From positions 2,144,001 to 2,208,000 of the forward strand of contig OY970303.1 of the NCBI GenBank assembly GCA_963716255.1: 64,000 nucleotides of DNA. Direction: 5' to 3'. Position numbers and translations under genes: made by a program. The notes under the pieces are model-generated. The model was not told where the DNA came from, did no database searches, and saw only the letters and a list, made by a program, of their open reading frames with translations. Position 1 is the first letter of the stretch. Every line of letters begins with the position of its first letter. Origin of the DNA: an uncultured Gemmatimonadales bacterium (GTDB taxonomy: Bacteria; Gemmatimonadota; Gemmatimonadetes; Longimicrobiales; Longimicrobiaceae). Shown here piece after piece: positions 24,801 to 35,046 of this stretch.

Positions 24801-27139
24801 CGGGCGACCACCTCCGCGGTGCACGCGTCACCGGTGGCGACCAGGACGCGCAGCTCCGGGAGCCCGTCCGGCGGGAGGACCGCCAGCGTGGAGGGCTGCA
24901 GGGTGGCGACGGTGACGTGCTGCTCGCCCAGGAAACGCAGCAGCGCCGGGCCGGGGAGGGCGGCGTCCCCGGTCGCCAGGCAGAGCGTCCCGCCGTTCCC
25001 CAGCGCGGCGATGACGTCCCAGAAGGAGGCGTCGAAGCCGAACGAGGCGAGCTGCAGCACCCTCTCGTCCGTCCCCAGCCCCAGGATGCGCCGCTGCGTC
25101 TCCACCACGTTGAGCACCCCGCGGTGCGGCACCAGCACCCCCTTGGGGGTCCCGGTGGAGCCGGAGGTGTAGATGACGTACGCCAGGTTCTCCGGCGCGG
25201 CGCCGTGCTCCGGCGGCGTGGCCGGCCGCTCCCGGATCGTCCCCGCCTCTGCGTCCAGGAGGACGACGCGCCCGGGCAGCCCCTCGCTCCGCTCCGCCAG
25301 CGCGGCGCAGGACACGACCACGCGCACCCCCGAGTCGGCGGCCATGAAGCGCAGCCGCTCGTCCGGGTAGGCGGGGTCCAGCGGGACGTAGGCGCCCCCG
25401 GCCGCGTGCGCGGCGAGCATCGCGACCAGCGCCTCCGGCGAGCGCTCCAGGAGGATCCCCACCGGCACCTCCGGCCCCACCCCCAGCGCGCGCAGGTGGT
25501 GGGCGAGGCGGTTCACCCGGGCGTCCAGCTCCGCGTAGGTGAGCGACTCGCCGCCGGTGACCACCGCGACCGAGGCGGGGGTGCGCTCCGCCTGGGCGTG
25601 GAAGAGCTCGTGCACCGTCCCCGCCGGGAAGTCGGCGGCGGTGGCGTTCCAGCCCTCCAGCACCTGCGCCCGCTCGGCTCCCCGCACCAGCGACAGCTCG
25701 GAAAGGCGCCGCTGCGGGTCGGCCACCATCGCCTCCAGCACGACCTCCAGGTGTCCCGCCAGCCGGACGATCGTCGCCGCGTCGAAGAGCGCCGGCCGGT
25801 AGGCCAGCACCCCCCCGAAGGTCTCGCCTTCCTCCGCCACCGCCAGCTCCAGGTCGAACTTCGCCGCCCCGGCGCCGGTCCCGAACGGCCTCAGCTCCAG
25901 GTCGCCCAGCGACAGCTGCTCGTCCGTCGCGGACCGGTTCAGCGCGAAGGCGGCCTGGAAGACGGGCGCGTGGGTCAGGCTGCGCTCGGCGCCCAGCTCC
26001 TCCACCAGGCGCTCGAAGGGGATCTCCTGGTGGTCGTACGCGCCGAGCGCCGTTTCCCGCACCCGCCCCAGCAGCCGGATCCACGTGGGATCGCCCGCCA
26101 GGTCGGCCCGCATGCTGAGCAGGTTGACGAAGAAGCCGATCAGCCCCGCGGTCTCGGGACGGTTCCGCCCCGCGACCGCGGTGCCCACCACCACGTCGTC
26201 CTGCCCGGCGTAGCGGCCCAGCAGCACCTGCCAGGCGGCCAGGACGGTCATGAACAGCGTGGCCCCCTCGGCCTGCGCGAGCGCCCGCAGGCCCCGCGAA
26301 AGCTCCGGCGAAAGGTCGAAGGTGTGGGTCGCCTGCTCCGGGCTCTGTCCCGCGGCGCGCGGCCGGTCCGTGGGGATCTCCAGCAGGGGAGGCGCCCCGG
26401 CCAGGCGCTGCTTCCAGTAGCCGATCTGCGCTTCCAGCACCTCGCCGCTCAGCCACCGGCGCTGCCACACCGCGTAGTCGGCGTACTGCACCGGCGGCTC
26501 GGGGAGACGCGCGTCCTCCCCCCGGCTGAAGGCGCCGTACAGCGCGGAAACCTCGCGCACGAGCACGCCCTTGCTCCAGCCGTCGCTGACGATGTGGTGA
26601 AGCGTGAACAGCAGCACGTGGTCCCGGTCGCCCAGGCGCAGCAGGGTGCTGCGCAGCAGCGGCCCGCGCTCCAGGTCGAAGGGACGCCGCGCCTCGTGGG
26701 CGGCGAGCCGCTCCGCGAGGCCCGCCGCGCCGGGAGCGCCCCGCAGGTCCACGAGCGGCAGCGCCACCGGGGCGGGCGGGCGGACGACCTGCTCGGGCAC
26801 GCCGTCGTGCTCGACGAAGACCGTGCGGAGCGCCTCGTGCCGCCGCACCACTTCGGCGAGGCTCGCCCGCAGTGCGGACGCGTCGAGCGCGCCCACCAGG
26901 CGCACCCCGTACGACATGTTGTAGGCGGCGCTGCCCGGCTCCATCCGCTCCACCACCCACAGCCGCTGCTGGGCGAACGACAGCGGCAGCGGACCCGACA
27001 GGCTGCGGCGGGGGATCCGGTCGTCCCGGTCGCCCGCGCCTCTCCTCTCGCGCATCAGGTCCCTGAGGAGCGCCTGCCTGTCCTTCAGCGAAAGCTGTCC
27101 GGCAAGCTTTCCTGCTCCGCCCGGTCGATCGTGGCTCAT
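12851..27139 (-). CDS. NRPS, 4762 aa: C-A-T / C-A-T / C-A-T-E / C-A-T (modules 1-4), no TE
   Basis: C motifs [37 protein letters not shown]; four YxxYTSGSTGxPKG A motifs; T motifs GGHSL, GGHSL, GGDSI, GGHSL; E motif [10 protein letters not shown]. Confidence 0.98.
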   Translation of the reverse strand: MSHDRPGGAGKLAGQLSLKDRQALLRDLMRERRGAGDRDDRIPRRSLSGPLPLSFAQQRLWVVERMEPGSAAYNMSYGVRLVGALDASALRASLAEVVRRHEALRTVFVEHDGVPEQVVRPPAPVALPLVDLRGAPGAAGLAERLAAHEARRPFDLERGPLLRSTLLRLGDRDHVLLFTLHHIVSDGWSKGVLVREVSALYGAFSRGEDARLPEPPVQYADYAVWQRRWLSGEVLEAQIGYWKQRLAGAPPLLEIPTDRPRAAGQSPEQATHTFDLSPELSRGLRALAQAEGATLFMTVLAAWQVLLGRYAGQDDVVVGTAVAGRNRPETAGLIGFFVNLLSMRADLAGDPTWIRLLGRVRETALGAYDHQEIPFERLVEELGAERSLTHAPVFQAAFALNRSATDEQLSLGDLELRPFGTGAGAAKFDLELAVAEEGETFGGVLAYRPALFDAATIVRLAGHLEVVLEAMVADPQRRLSELSLVRGAERAQVLEGWNATAADFPAGTVHELFHAQAERTPASVAVVTGGESLTYAELDARVNRLAHHLRALGVGPEVPVGILLERSPEALVAMLAAHAAGGAYVPLDPAYPDERLRFMAADSGVRVVVSCAALAERSEGLPGRVVLLDAEAGTIRERPATPPEHGAAPENLAYVIYTSGSTGTPKGVLVPHRGVLNVVETQRRILGLGTDERVLQLASFGFDASFWDVIAALGNGGTLCLATGDAALPGPALLRFLGEQHVTVATLQPSTLAVLPPDGLPELRVLVATGDACTAEVVARWAPGRRFFNGYGPTETTIGSTLGECFADGGKPSIGRPFTNLRVYVLDSYGQPVPAGVAGELLVGGVGVVRGYLGRAGLTAERFVPDPFSGEAGARLYRTGDRARWRPDGTLEFLGRVDAQVKIRGFRIEPGEVEAALLEQAGVNEAVVLVREDVPGQKRLVAYVVPAEGAELRAAELRPLLAERLPAHMVPGAFVVLEKLPLSVNGKLDRRALPAPEQGTGTEPVAPRTPTEEVLAGIWAEVLKTGRVGVEDSFFELGGHSLLATQVVSRARQAFGVEVPLRVLFEAPTVAALAGRIEALRGAGASLAPPIVPTPRDGAALPLSFAQQRLWLVDRLEPGSAAYNMPSAMRLRGSLDVAALRRSLAELVRRHEALRTVFEERDGAPVQVIHPPAPAALVELDLRGVPRARREAEAERLAAAEARLPFDLARGPLLRSTLVRLDDEEHVVLFTLHHVVSDGWSMDVLVREVSALYAALSRGGEPRLAELPVQYADFAVWQRAWLSGEVLDELIGYWKETLRGAPPLLEIPTDHPRAPGQSPLAERRHFTLTPVLSQELRALSRRKGATLFMTVLAGWQALLWRYAGQDDVVVGTPIAGRTQRETEGLIGFFINLLALRTRLGGDPSWDELLGRVRETSLGAYEHQELPFERLVEELGVERSLAHAPLVQTTFALHRAGAEDDGLRLGDVGMAPFGGGKGVAKFDLDLVFQEAGEALAGSLVFRTALFDAATMERLAGHLESVLEAMAADPQRRLSELSLLRGAERAQVLEEWNDTARPVPAGVGLHALFAERAARTPDAVALAWRGERVTYAGLDRRSVELAGVLRRRGVGPETRVGVCMARTPELVASLLAVLRAGGAYVPMDPGYPAERLRYMLADSGAALVLADAASAERLGECGVEVVRPDAGAVEPEVGADAAAEPESLAYVVYTSGSTGTPKGVLGTHRGIVNRFAWMWSEHPFAADEVCVQKTSLAFVDSVWEVFGPLLAGVPSVLVPDEDARDPEALVDQLSRHGVTRIVLVPSLLQALLDAHPDLAGRCPRLRLVVTSGEALPPELARRFAGALPGATLLNLYGSSEVAADSTAHVLGAVAEERVAIGRPIWNTRVYVADAAMQPLPAGAAGELYVAGHGLARGYMGNPAATAERFVPDPFALAPGERMYRTGDRARWTAGGELEYLGRADRQVKIRGFRVELGEVESALASHPAVGGAAVVLREDAGAERRLVAYWTCGAEEAPDAAVLRAHLRVLLPEYMVPAALVRLEALPLTPSGKLDRRALPAPEAEAGAGYAAPRGATEEVLAGIWAEVLGMERVGAEDGFFDRGGHSLLATRVVSRVGRVFGVALPLRALFEAPTVRELAARIEAVRSAGTPPAPPMERVPRSGPLPLSFAQQRLWVVDQLEPGSAAYNMPYALRLRGSLDSAALRAGLDALVRRHETLRTTFAGDGGAPVQVVHPPAPVALVELDLRELPSAEREAEAERVAAAEAMLPFDLARGPLLRCTLLRLDDDDHVLCFVLHHIVSDGWSRGVLVREVSALYAAFSRGEEPRLPELPVQYADFAVWQREWLSGETLEAQIGFWKERLAGAPPLLEIPTDRARVPGQSPRAESHGLMLPPALSRSLRELSRREGATLFMTLLAGWQTLLARYAGQDDVVVGSPISGRTRHEVEGLIGFFVNTLALRADLGGDPTWAGLLGRVRESTLGAYDHQDLPFERLVDELGVERSLTHSPVFQTIFTLVQAAGEDERLELGELALEPFGSGERVAKFDLELVLRDTGDALGGMLVYRPALFDAATIAQMAGHLEAVLASMAAGPGRRLSETSLLREGERAELLAGSRAEPVDHPPACVHELFSAQAARTPERTAVADGGAALSYAELERRSSRLAHRLRALGVGPEVRVGICLERGVEMLVGVLGVLKAGGAYVPLDPAYPAERLAYTLADSGASLLVSQGRLPETLSAFGGPVLCLDADREAIAAEPEGTPESGVSVRNAAYVIYTSGSTGRPKGVVVEHASLASTLLGSREVFGLAAGEVMPVLASYAFDIWGFEVFTPLLSGGQVRLLPQETVRDVERLVEELARADALHAVPVLMREVVARVKAGRGTLPNVRRVFVGGDAVAPDLLEQTRSAFPAAQVWAMYGPTENTIISSATPLQRGTTYGWQMVGRPLPGVGMHVVDPAGNLLPVGVPGELWLAGAGVARGYLGRADVTAAAFVPDAFGAGPGSRLYRTGDRVRRRADGELEFLGRVDTQVKIRGFRIEPGEIEAVLLEQEGVHEAVVVVREDAPGQKRLAAYVVPWEGAEISTAELRARLGQRLPDYMVPGAVVVLEKLPLSANGKLDRRALPAPERGGAERHTAPRTEAEEILCAVWAGVLKVERVGVEENFFELGGDSILSIQVVSRARQRGLRLTPRQVFERPTIAGLAEVAERVGLEADGASQHPVTGEAPLTPVQQRFFETEQPARHHFNQALLLRPRDVLDAGLLARAAAALEAHHDALRLRFRPEADGGWTQSHADVSARGPLAVLDLSSLPADRRGGAVEAAAAQVQRSLELSRGPLLRMAWFEPGGGEAGRLLAVAHHLVVDGVSWRVLLEDLETAYTQLARGESVELPPKTTSWKAWAERLAELARSGTLADEAAYWTGQAAREVAPLPVDDPRAENTLAHKRGVRLGLTQDETEALLREVPAAYRTQIDEVLLTALAGALRRWTGERRLRVELEGHGREEEVVGGVDLSRTVGWFTSVYPVVLELPEGDDAGAALKAVKEQLRAVPGRGIGYGVLRYLGGGETAAELAGAAQAEVGFNYLGQFDQAVSTEAFFGFAPESAGPSMDRGSRRPHLLEVGGSVQAGCLELQIGYAEGVHRREGVERLAEEYAAELRGLIAHCRGAEAGGCTPSDFPLAGLDPASLDALLGSGRGVEDVYPLSPLQEGMLFHSLLSPGSGEYTGQFGFLLEGPLDAGALERAWQGVVARHEALRAAFAWEGLPRPVQVVRREVELPFRREDWRGLGAEERQARLERFLEADRGNGFEMGRAPLMRVALFRLGDDEHQLVWTHHHVVLDGWSLSLIFRDVLREYSAYARGEAPQTGPGHRYREYVAWLERQDRSRAERFWTETLAGFDAPTPLPGARSGRGGADGARGLGVTGRLLSEERTRALQEQARGWGVTTSTLVLGAWALLLGRYAGVEDVVLGSSVSGRPAELPGVEETVGLFINTLPVRVRLDDSAGLGEWLAELQAQQVEAREHEYAPLGEVQRWSDVPAGEALFESLFAFENYPVDEAMREQADGLGELRVRTNLVHAQTSYPLLLSAHGASRLKVEVRYDRAQVEAETAEQLARHLEVVLDAMAAHPGQRLSEVPLLRAAEREQLLHAWNGADTGYTGDLCLHEMVHAQVQSTPDAPALRFEGQRLGYAELYRRSCRLANLLRREGVGPEVRVAICMDPAPEMIVAVLGVMLAGGAYLPLDPELPAERRAYMIRDAGPILMLTQAALADRLADCGLPLFLVDAEAGRLAQESEAAPAAGVVSDNLAYVIYTSGSTGRPKGVLVEHRAVANTIRELVRIYDSRPGDRNLLYAPLHFDASVGDMFIALSSGAELVVAPRRAMLPGEDLLRLLREQRITHVKTMQSALAATPVEELPELRTLIAGGDRLPGEQLRRWSAEGRKFFNGYGATEASIRNTSSAYTAEDGDPPIGRTFGNTQLYVLDRWLEPAPLGVAGELYIGGVGVVRGYMGRAELTAERFLPDPHRGVAGARLYRTGDLGRRRADGEIEFLGRADHQVKVRGYRVELGEIEAVLRGHEQVREATVLLREDVPGQQRLVAYVVPEAGVEVASADLAVAALRTHVAEQVPEYMVPGAFVVMEQLPVSAAGKVDRRLLPAPESGSEREYVEPRTEMEELVAGIFAELLGLERVGAEDNFFQLGGHSLLATQVVSRLREALELEVPLRAVFELRTVEALARIVEDLLIGDLDDDRMAEHLEELESEQDPDAETASRPVVAR

Positions 27140-27229
27140 GGATGAAAACGTTCGTGGTTGTGGCAGTCGCCGCGCATTGCTGCTCCCCCCTCCGGGCCGC
27201 CCACGAGGTGCAGGCCGCCCGCGCGTGCT

Positions 27230-27415
27230 TCAATCTCGGAGTCGGTGGCCGGCCGGCAGGCCGGTGAGGCGGGAGAGATCGATGATGCAGGCCAGATTGT
27301 CGGGGTCGACGCCGGCGACCGGTGCCTCCATGCGGGTCGCCACGCGCACCCCGGGGCCGACGCCCCGGCGGCGGAGGCGCTCGACGAGGGGAACTGCGCC
27401 GTGCGGATTGCACAT
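27230..27415 (-). pseudogene. Degenerate NRPS adenylation-domain remnant in the NRPS leader
   Basis: 61-aa frame contains [14 protein letters not shown] (cf. [12 protein letters not shown] in the intact A domains) and DPDNLACIIDLSRLTGLP (cf. [17 protein letters not shown]), with the intervening sequence missing; no RBS visible. Confidence 0.65.
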
Positions 27416-27782
27416 CGGGGCGGAGGCCTGGTGGGCGGGCGGCCGCTGCGGGCCGCGGCTACCGTGCGGGGGGGATGCCGGGGAGCGCCGGTGGGGGAGG
27501 TCCCTCGCGCGCGCGCCGGTGGGGCTGCGGAGCCGCCGAGGCGGCAGCTCCGGGCCCGATCCCGGGCTGACAACGCAGCCGCGCCCGGGCTTCCAGCACG
27601 TCCTGGCCCGTTACTGCCGGCAGCCTCGACGTCCCCCTGGACGTTTCGGCGCCAGGCCAGCGTCACATCCACCGCGTTTCACCGGCCCCGGGCGAGCCCG
27701 GTGCGAGGCCCGGGAAATCCGGACGCGACCGGGACCGAAAGGTCTTTAAATGTTCGTCAACACAGTGTCTTGGCGTCCGCTG

Positions 27783-27810
27783 ATAATACAACTCTGAAGG
27801 GGATAGTCAA
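27783..27810 (-). promoter_or_regulatory. Putative sigma70-type promoter for the NRPS operon
   Basis: Minus strand TTGACT-N16-TATTAT in an AT-rich patch, about 640 nt upstream of the NRPS ATG. Confidence 0.55.
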
Positions 27811-28106
27811 CCCGATCCAGTCAGCAAATGCACGATGAATCGATCGCAGCAGGTCCGGATCGGCTCCCGGGCGGAGCTCCCCGGTCCGCCCGGTCTCCCG
27901 GGGCCCGGTGCGCGCCGGTGGGGATGTCGGCGTCCCGGGAGCGATTGGCCCGCTGCGACCGCTCTGAGGCGGCCCTGGGCCAGGGCGCGGCCGGTCCCTG
28001 CCGGGAGCGCTTCGACGCGAGCTCCGCGGCGCCGTCAGGGCATGCCGCGCAGTCAGTTGAACGTGGACATCGGGCGCCCCCTCCCGGCGAACGGGGTGAT
28101 ATGCCG

Positions 28107-29453
28107 CTAGCGGGACGCCGGCCGCTTCGCCTCGGAGTCGACGTCCTCCTGCCACGCCGCGAGCAGCGGCCGGAGGCGGCGCGCGACGTCGGGCCGGCGC
28201 GCGACCAGGTTCTCGCGCTCCCCGACGTCCGCCCGCAGGTCGAAGAGCATGGGCCTGCCGCCGTCCAGCAGCAGCTTCCAGTCGCCCGAGCGCACGGCCT
28301 GCTGGGGACGCGGTGCGGTCACCCTCCAGAAGAGCGTCCGCTCGACCTGCGGGGCGCGTCCTTCCAGCACGGGGAGCAGGTCGATTCCCTCGGCGCGCGC
28401 TCCGGGAGGGGCCGCGGTCCCGGTGGCCGCGAGGATCGAGGCGGTCAGGTCCATGGTGATCCCCACCTGCCCCGACACGGTGCCGGCCGGGATCCGGCCA
28501 GGCCAGCGGAGGATGGCCGGCACCCGGATGCCGCCCTCCCAAAGCGTTCCCTTGTGATGGAACAGGGGCGCGTTCCGCGACAGCCATTCGCCGCCGTTGT
28601 CGTTGGTGAAGATCACCAGCGTGCTCCGCCGCAGCCCCAGCCGGTCGAGCGTCCCCAGGATCCGCCCCACGCCCTGGTCGGCGCGCTCCAGCATGGCCAC
28701 GTAGTCGGCGCGCGTGCTCGTGGAGTCGTCGAACGCTCCCAGGTGCCTGCCGTTGTCGCGCGCGGTGGACGGGTGGTCGGGGACCTGGTACGGCCAGTGC
28801 GCGGCGCTGTACGAGACGTCGATGAAGAACGGCCGCCGGGCGTTCTGCTCGATGAAGCGCACGGAGCGCTCGGTGACGAGGTCGGTCGTGTACCCCGGCG
28901 CCTCCACGGGACGGTCGTTCTCGAACAGGTCGGGCCGGCCGGCGCCGTCGGTGTGGCGGTAGTAGTCGATGAAGCCGCTCTTGAAGCCCCAGAAGTAGTC
29001 GAACCCGTGGGCGCCGGGGCTGAACTCGGGCTTCCACCCCAGGTGCCACTTGCCGATGAGCGCGGTGGCGTACCCGCGGCTCTTCAGCAGCCGCGGCAGC
29101 GACCCGTCGGTGGGAGGGAGCCCCCGCTCCAGGTCCGCCTCGCCCCCGGCGCCGAGCGGCTGCTCCAGCGTGAACCGCTGCTGGTAGCGGCCGGAGATGA
29201 GGCCCGCGCGCGTGGGCGTGCACGTGGCGCCGTTGGCGTAGAAGTCGGTGAGGCGTACGCCGTCGCGGGCGAGGCCGTCGATGTGGGGGGTGCGGACGTC
29301 CGGCGCGCCGTACGCGCCGAAGTCGCCGTAGCCCACGTCGTCCGTGATGACGAGGACGACGTTGGGGCGCTGGGGGCTGCCCGCCTGCGCGCCCGCCGGC
29401 GCCGCGGCGAGGGCCGCCGCCAGCACCATCGCGAGGAGTGCGGTCCGGGACAT
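28107..29453 (-). CDS. Secreted Cys-type (formylglycine-dependent) sulfatase
   Basis: Signal peptide, PNVVLVITDD, CTPTRAGLISGR (CxPxR), GKWHLG, FTNDNG. Confidence 0.93.
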   Translation of the reverse strand: MSRTALLAMVLAAALAAAPAGAQAGSPQRPNVVLVITDDVGYGDFGAYGAPDVRTPHIDGLARDGVRLTDFYANGATCTPTRAGLISGRYQQRFTLEQPLGAGGEADLERGLPPTDGSLPRLLKSRGYATALIGKWHLGWKPEFSPGAHGFDYFWGFKSGFIDYYRHTDGAGRPDLFENDRPVEAPGYTTDLVTERSVRFIEQNARRPFFIDVSYSAAHWPYQVPDHPSTARDNGRHLGAFDDSTSTRADYVAMLERADQGVGRILGTLDRLGLRRSTLVIFTNDNGGEWLSRNAPLFHHKGTLWEGGIRVPAILRWPGRIPAGTVSGQVGITMDLTASILAATGTAAPPGARAEGIDLLPVLEGRAPQVERTLFWRVTAPRPQQAVRSGDWKLLLDGGRPMLFDLRADVGERENLVARRPDVARRLRPLLAAWQEDVDSEAKRPASR

Positions 29454-29597
29454 GGAGGGCTCCTGGGGAGGTGGCCGCGCGGGAGAAGTTTCGTCCGGGA
29501 AGCGTGTATCTTGATCGCGGCACCCGCGTGCCGCAACGGGGTCGCCGCTCGCCGGCCGGCGAGCGAACCCGGCCGCCGCGCCCGGCGCGGGGCGACG

Positions 29598-29637
29598 CGA
29601 AAGGCCCCGACGCCGGACGCGGCACCGGGACCATCGA
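29598..29637. repeat. Short hairpin repeat / terminator-like, copy 1 (imperfect)
   Basis: gaaaggccccgacgccggacgcggcaccgggaccatcg resembles the hairpins at 54539 and 56991. Confidence 0.45.
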
Positions 29638-29671
29638 ACGGCTCGCGAGGGGCGGCCGGCGGCGGCGCCCG

Positions 29672-30241
29672 TCAGCGCCGCCGGACCTCCAGCACGTAGT
29701 CGCCGAACCCGGCGAAGAGGGTGTTGGCGCGGATCACGTACACGCCCGCCGCGGGCAGCGTCACGTCGCAGCGGGAATCGGTGCCCCCCGCGCCGTCGTC
29801 GTCGGTCTCGATCTGGGTGAACCTGTCGTTCACCAGGCGGCCGAAGCGGAGGTAGGTGTCCAGGGAACCCGAGCGCATGATGATCGTGAGCCGCTCCCCG
29901 GCGCGGCCCTGGTAGAGCCAGTCGTCGTACGCCGTTCCGTCGGAGGTGGTCCGGTCGCTCGCCTCCAGCTTCCCGGCGAGCGCCTGGCCGAGGCGCGCCT
30001 CCTCCCCGGGATAGGATGCGGGGGGACTCCCGCCGGAGTTCGCCGCCGGGACCGCGGCCGCGGCTCCCGGCGGTGCCGCGTTCCGCGCGGCCGGGACGGT
30101 GTCCCCGGCGGAGGCGGCGACCACGGCCGGCTCAGCGCGTGACTGCGGGTCCAGGGGCGGCTGCGCGCCCGCCGGCAGGGTCCAGGCGAGGGCTGCGGCG
30201 ACGGGGAGAAGGCTTCCCCGGACTCCGGGATTGCATGGCAT
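29672..30241 (-). CDS. Secreted protein with bacterial pre-peptidase C-terminal (PPC)-like domain
   Basis: ATG 30241 with GAGGGAG RBS, signal-like N-terminus, Ala/Pro linker, then YDDWLYQGRAGERLTIIMRS..LDTYL..DDDGAGGTDS..LPAAGVYVIRAN. Confidence 0.75.
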   Translation of the reverse strand: MPCNPGVRGSLLPVAAALAWTLPAGAQPPLDPQSRAEPAVVAASAGDTVPAARNAAPPGAAAAVPAANSGGSPPASYPGEEARLGQALAGKLEASDRTTSDGTAYDDWLYQGRAGERLTIIMRSGSLDTYLRFGRLVNDRFTQIETDDDGAGGTDSRCDVTLPAAGVYVIRANTLFAGFGDYVLEVRRR

Positions 30242-30490
30242 CTCTCCCTCCACGGCAAAAAGGGATGGAGGCTCCACCCACAGGGGAGGTGGAGCCCGCG
30301 AGGCCACGTTCGTGTGCCGGCGGGAAAGCCCGGCTGGTCCGGGCTTTCCCGCGATCCGGAGCAGGGACCGGCCCCGCAGGATTGCAATCTATGTCGCGCG
30401 TGCCCCGGGTGTGTCAGTTTTTTTCTCCGGGCACCCGCCTCCCCGCCGACGGGAGGATGCCACGCGGGGCGAGCAGGCATCGACGGTGCG

Positions 30491-31162
30491 TCAGCCCACC
30501 GCCGCGGGCCCCGGGCGCAGGTGGCCCACATCCACGGCGTAGGCGTGCAGCGCGTCGTGGAGCAGGCGCCGCCCGCGGTGAATGCGGCTCTTGATGGTCC
30601 CCCCGGCCACGCCCAGCATCTGGGCGATCTCGCCGTAGCCGAACCCTTCCAGGTCGCACAGCACCACGGCCTCGCGGTATTCCCGGGGGAGGCCGTCGAT
30701 GGCGCGCAGCACCTCGCCGTCCACCAGCGAGTCCCAGAACTCGCCCTCCGCGTCCCGCACCTGCCAGGGCTGGTGCACGCCCGCGTCCGCCAGCGCCGTC
30801 ACGTCGTCCACGCCCAGGTCCGTGGCAAGGTGCTCCATGCGGTACGACCTGACCTCGCCACGGCGGACGGCGGCGTTCCGGCAGATGGTGAACAGCCAGG
30901 AGCGGCACTGCGTCCCCCGCGTGTACGTGCTCCAGCCGCGGAACGCCCGCAGGTAGGTGTCCTGCACAAGGTCCTCCGCCGCGGCCTCGTCGCCGCGGGT
31001 CAGGCGCAGCGCGAAGCGGTGGACGGAGGGCAGGTACGGGAGCGCTTCCTCGGCGAAGCCGGCGTCGGCGGGGACCTCGCCGGCCGGGGTGCTCCGGCCC
31101 GTCCCCGGCTGGCGCCGGGTGCCCTGGGCCGCGTACGACCCCTGCGGGTGCATGGCTGCCAT
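30491..31162 (-). CDS. ECF RNA polymerase sigma factor
   Basis: Region 2 AEDLVQDTYLRAF..SWLFTICRN; region 4 LPREYREAVVLCDLEGFGYGEIAQMLGVAGGTIKSRIHRGR. Start uncertain (31162 or 31153). Confidence 0.92.
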   Translation of the reverse strand: MAAMHPQGSYAAQGTRRQPGTGRSTPAGEVPADAGFAEEALPYLPSVHRFALRLTRGDEAAAEDLVQDTYLRAFRGWSTYTRGTQCRSWLFTICRNAAVRRGEVRSYRMEHLATDLGVDDVTALADAGVHQPWQVRDAEGEFWDSLVDGEVLRAIDGLPREYREAVVLCDLEGFGYGEIAQMLGVAGGTIKSRIHRGRRLLHDALHAYAVDVGHLRPGPAAVG

Positions 31163-31429
31163 GTGTGTGGGCTCTGCGTGGTGGATCCCGTCCCGCCCCG
31201 GCGGCGGGACGGTGCCGGATTCTCCTGGTGGCGGAGCGGGAGGCGGTGCGTGGAGCCGCGGCGAGCCGGAGGGGAGCAACGGGCGTTCCCGGGGCGGATT
31301 GCGGACAAGTGCCTGGCGCGACATGACTTGAGGAGGGAGAAGGCGAGGCCGGTATGTAGCGGTACGGTACAGCGGCCGGCCGACTGGCCGGAAACGCGAC
31401 AGCGGGCGCCCCACTCCGCCGGGGCGGTT

Positions 31430-31558
31430 GCGTGAGGGATTTCGGCCCGCAGGGGCGAGACCCGGCGGCCGTTTGCCGGGGCTCGACTCCGTTGAGCAGC
31501 GTTGTTTGCTGCTCTACGGAGCCGAAGCCCGACCCCGGCGCCAGCCGGGGGCACGCCC
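31430..31558 (+). repeat. ~130-bp structured intergenic repeat, copy 1
   Basis: gcgtgagggatttcggccc...ctacggagccgaagcccgaccccggcgccagccgggggcacgccc; matches copies at 44011, 45463, 52041 and the partial copy at 34984. Confidence 0.9.
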
Positions 31559-32677
31559 GAGCCCCGCCGTCTCCGTGCCGACGAGGCCTGCGTACAGCCT
31601 CTGAATACGCCGCGCGGTGAAGTCCGCGTCCTCGGCGACGGCCCTCGCCTGCGCCCGGGCCGCCATCGCGAGGCGCCGGTCCTCGTCCGCGAGGAGCGCG
31701 GCGATTTCGCGGGCCAGCGCGGCGGCGTCCCCCACCGGGACCGCGGCGGCGGCCTCCGGCGCCCAGTCCGCCAGGTGCCCCACGGCCGTCCCCACCGCCG
31801 GCACGCCCGCCACGGCGGCCTCCAGCAGCACGATGGGGTCGGCCTCGTGGCGGGACGAGACGACGAGCAGGTCCGCGCGCTCCACCCATCCGCGCAGCGC
31901 CGTGTGGGGAAGGAAGCCGTGGAAGCGCACGGCCTCGCCCAGCCCGAGCTCCGCGGCCAGGCGCTGCACGGAGCCGCCGAGGGTGTCCTCACCGACCACG
32001 TCCAGGCGGAAGCGGACTCCCGCGGCCACGAGCGCGGCGGCCGCACGCAGCAGCGTCCCCTGGTCCTTGACCCGGTTCAGGCTGCCCACGTGCAGGAGCC
32101 GCGCGGGCTCGCCGGGGGCGCGGCGGCGGGGAAAGCGCGGCGGCCAGCGGTCCAGCGCGACGCCGTACGGCAGCCGCTCGGCGCGGATCTCCAGCGCCCG
32201 GGCCTGCTCCAGCACGAAGGCGCTGGGGACGGTGACGTGGCTCGCCCCGGCCACGGCGAGCCGGACCCAGGCGCGCCCCCGCCGCCGCGCGCGGGCGCCG
32301 AAGCCGATGCCGGGCAGGTCGGCGAGGTCGCCGCCGGTGAGGTGCAGGAGCACGGGGACGCCCAGCACCCGCCCGGCGAGGGCGGCCACCGTCCCGGCCG
32401 GGGCTGCCCACACGGCGTGCAGCACGTGGAAGGGCGCGCGGCGGTGCTCGGCCAGGAGCTGCGCCAGCACGCGCGGGCGCCGGGGGCGGCGGCCGGCGTT
32501 GTGGACCCGGGCGCCGAGCAGATCCCAGCTCCCGGGCTCGGGCTCCTGCGCGAAGGCGAAGACGTGCAGGTCGTGCCCCGCCGCGGCGATGCGCTCGATG
32601 AGCCAGAGCAGGCAGGGGATCACGCGGTGCGTGCCGCCGCGGTCCACCCCGCCGGGCACCAGGAGCGCGACCTTCAC
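31514..32677 (-). CDS. Glycosyltransferase family 4 (GT-B)
   Basis: GTG start overlapping upstream stop; VGSLNRVKDQ, SRHEADPIVLLEAAVAGVP (EX7E). The last ~15 codons lie inside repeat copy 1. Confidence 0.88.
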   Translation of the reverse strand: MKVALLVPGGVDRGGTHRVIPCLLWLIERIAAAGHDLHVFAFAQEPEPGSWDLLGARVHNAGRRPRRPRVLAQLLAEHRRAPFHVLHAVWAAPAGTVAALAGRVLGVPVLLHLTGGDLADLPGIGFGARARRRGRAWVRLAVAGASHVTVPSAFVLEQARALEIRAERLPYGVALDRWPPRFPRRRAPGEPARLLHVGSLNRVKDQGTLLRAAAALVAAGVRFRLDVVGEDTLGGSVQRLAAELGLGEAVRFHGFLPHTALRGWVERADLLVVSSRHEADPIVLLEAAVAGVPAVGTAVGHLADWAPEAAAAVPVGDAAALAREIAALLADEDRRLAMAARAQARAVAEDADFTARRIQRLYAGLVGTETAGLGRAPGWRRGRASAP

Positions 32678-33864
32678 CGGACCTCCAGCAGCGCCGCGGG
32701 GATCGTGGCGGGCGGGACGGCGGGCAGCTGCCGCGTCAGCATGCCCACGACCTCCCGCAGCAGCCCTTCGTGGAAGCGGGGCGTGGCGAACCGCTCGGCG
32801 TTGCGGCGCAGCGCGCCCTCGTCCAGGGCCAGGCCGTCCAGGTGCAGGAGGGCGGCGGCCATCGCCGCGGGGCGGGGCTCGGCGAAGAACACGCCCGTGC
32901 TGGCCGCCGCCCCGTCCGCCGGACCCTCCGCGACCTCGCCCGCGGCGCCCACCAGCGGCCCCGCCACGCTGTCGAGCAGCCCGCCCGCCGCCAGGGCGAC
33001 GACGGGGGCGCCGGCGGCCTGCGCCTCCACCGCGGTGATCCCGAAGTCCTCCACGCCGGGGACAAGGAAGGCGCGGCAGCGGCTGTACAGCGCCGCCACC
33101 TCCTCGTCGGAGACGCGGCCCAGGAACGCGACCCCCGGCCCGGCGATGCTCCGCAGGCGCGCCATCTCCGGCCCGTCGCCGGCCACCACCAGGCGGCGCC
33201 CCAGGAGCGCGCAGGCGCGGATGGCCAGCTCCACGTGCTTGTAGGGGACCAGCGCGCTCACCACCAGGTAGAAGTCCTCCGGCGCCCGGGGCGAGCGGAA
33301 GCGCTCCACGTCCACCGGTGGGTGGACCACGGCGGCGCCGCGGGCGTAGCTGCGGCGGATGCGGTCGCGCACGCAGCCGGAGTTGGCGACGAACACGTCC
33401 ACCCGGCGGCTGGTGGCGGCGTCCCAGCGGCGCAGCGCGCCCGCGACCGGGAGCGCGAGGCCGCGGAGCAGGCGCCGCCGGCCCCCAGCGAAGTACGCGT
33501 CGAACTGGTCCCACACGTAGCGCATGGGGGTGTGGCAGTAGCACAGGTGCGGCGCGCCGCCCGTGCGCACGGACTTGGCCACGCAGTGGCTGCTGGACAG
33601 CACCAGGTCGAACCCCCGGACGCGCAGCGACTCCACGGCGAGCGGGAAGAGCGGCAGGTAGCCGCGCAGGCCGCGGCGGGCGAAGGGGGCCCGCGCCAGC
33701 GCCGAGGCGTGGATGGGGCGCGCCTCGATCCGGGGGGAGACGGAGCCGGGCACGTGGAGCAGCGTGAAGATCTCGGCGTTGGGGAACAGGTCGAGCATGG
33801 CCTCCAGGACCCGCTCCCCGCCCCGCATTCCCGTGAGCCAGTCGTGCACGATGGCGACGCGCAT
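32674..33864 (-). CDS. Glycosyltransferase family 4 (putative mannosyltransferase)
   Basis: MRVAIVHDWLTGMRGGERVL, CYCHTPMRYVWD, EDFGITAVEAQAAG. Confidence 0.92.
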   Translation of the reverse strand: MRVAIVHDWLTGMRGGERVLEAMLDLFPNAEIFTLLHVPGSVSPRIEARPIHASALARAPFARRGLRGYLPLFPLAVESLRVRGFDLVLSSSHCVAKSVRTGGAPHLCYCHTPMRYVWDQFDAYFAGGRRRLLRGLALPVAGALRRWDAATSRRVDVFVANSGCVRDRIRRSYARGAAVVHPPVDVERFRSPRAPEDFYLVVSALVPYKHVELAIRACALLGRRLVVAGDGPEMARLRSIAGPGVAFLGRVSDEEVAALYSRCRAFLVPGVEDFGITAVEAQAAGAPVVALAAGGLLDSVAGPLVGAAGEVAEGPADGAAASTGVFFAEPRPAAMAAALLHLDGLALDEGALRRNAERFATPRFHEGLLREVVGMLTRQLPAVPPATIPAALLEVR

Positions 33865-34946
33865 CACCGCCTCCCGCGCCGGCGCTCGGCCCCGGCGGCC
33901 TCGCAGGCCCCGCGGACCGCGTCCGCCGCCGCGTCCCAGCGGTACCGGGCCGCCACCCCGCCGCCCGCGGTGGCGCCCCGCGGGCCGGCGGCGAGCGGCA
34001 GCAGCGCGTCCACCCAGGCGTCGGGACGGAGCGGGACGATGCGGGCCGCGCCGCCCAGCACCTCCCCGGCGGCCGCGTAGTCGGCCACCACCGCGGGCGT
34101 CCCGCACGCCACGGCCTCCAGCGGGGGGCGGCCGAATCCCTCCGCCAGCGACGGGAAGCAGAGCGCGCTCGCGGCCGTGTACAGGGCGTGCAGCTCCGTG
34201 TCGTCCACGCGCCCCAGCACGCGCACGTCCACGCCGCCGGGCCACCCCTCCGCCGAGGTGAAAAGCCTGGGAGAGGGCCGGCCCACCACCACCAGCGGCG
34301 GCGGCTCCGCGCCCCGCTCCCGCCAGCGGCGCAGGACCCGGCCCAGGAAGGGCAGGTTCTTGCGCGGGTCCCCGGCGCCCACCGTCAGCAGGAAGGGGCC
34401 GGGGAGGCCGCGCCGCGCGCGCACCTCCGCCACCGCGTCCGGCGCGGCCGGAGCGTGGAAGGGGTCCAGCCCCTGGGGAGCCACCACGACCCGCTCCGCC
34501 GGCACCCCCAGGGTGCGGACGATCTCCCGCCGGGCCCACTCCGAGACGGTGACCACCCGCCCGGCCCGCGGCGCCGCGCGGCGCAGCACAACGCCCCGCC
34601 ACACGCGGAAGCCCAGGGCGAACCAGCGCGGGTGCGTGAGGGGGAGGACGTCGTGCACCACCAGGACGTCGCCCGAGGCGCCCAGCGGCGCGGTGCCCGC
34701 CATGTGCAGCACGGTGTCGCACCCGGCCCGGCGCGCCAGTCCGGGGAGCTCCAGCTGCTCCCAGGCGTGCCCCGCCAGCCGCCCCCGCACCACCCGTGCG
34801 CCCGGGGGGAGGTCGCGCGGCGGCTCCACGCCGGCCGGGAGGAAGAGCGTCGCGTCGGCGAGGAGCCGCGACGCCACCTCCAGCGCGAAGCGCTGCACGC
34901 CGGTCACGCGGGCCGCGTAGAAGCGCCCGTTCACGCCGAGCTTCAT
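33864..34946 (-). CDS. Glycosyltransferase family 4
   Basis: MKLGVNGRF..TGVQRF, WEQLELP, DPRKNL, FPSLAEGFGRPPLEAVACG. Confidence 0.92.
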   Translation of the reverse strand: MKLGVNGRFYAARVTGVQRFALEVASRLLADATLFLPAGVEPPRDLPPGARVVRGRLAGHAWEQLELPGLARRAGCDTVLHMAGTAPLGASGDVLVVHDVLPLTHPRWFALGFRVWRGVVLRRAAPRAGRVVTVSEWARREIVRTLGVPAERVVVAPQGLDPFHAPAAPDAVAEVRARRGLPGPFLLTVGAGDPRKNLPFLGRVLRRWRERGAEPPPLVVVGRPSPRLFTSAEGWPGGVDVRVLGRVDDTELHALYTAASALCFPSLAEGFGRPPLEAVACGTPAVVADYAAAGEVLGGAARIVPLRPDAWVDALLPLAAGPRGATAGGGVAARYRWDAAADAVRGACEAAGAERRRGRR

Positions 34947-34983
34947 GCCGGCCTCGAACGGAACGGATTGAACTTCCGGATTC

Positions 34984-35028
34984 GGGCGTGCCCCCGGCGG
35001 GCGCCGGGGTCGGGCTTCGGCTCCGTAG
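34984..35028 (-). repeat. Structured repeat, truncated copy 2 (3' part only)
   Basis: gggcgtgcccccggcgggcgccggggtcgggcttcggctccgtag is the reverse complement of the repeat's 3' end. Confidence 0.85.
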
Positions 35029-35046
35029 GAGGGGGTCCGCCGCGCG

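Noticed and set aside
27390..27410. GGAAC...CGGATT in the NRPS leader
   Set aside because: Spacing is only about 10 nt and the orientation is opposite to the NRPS.
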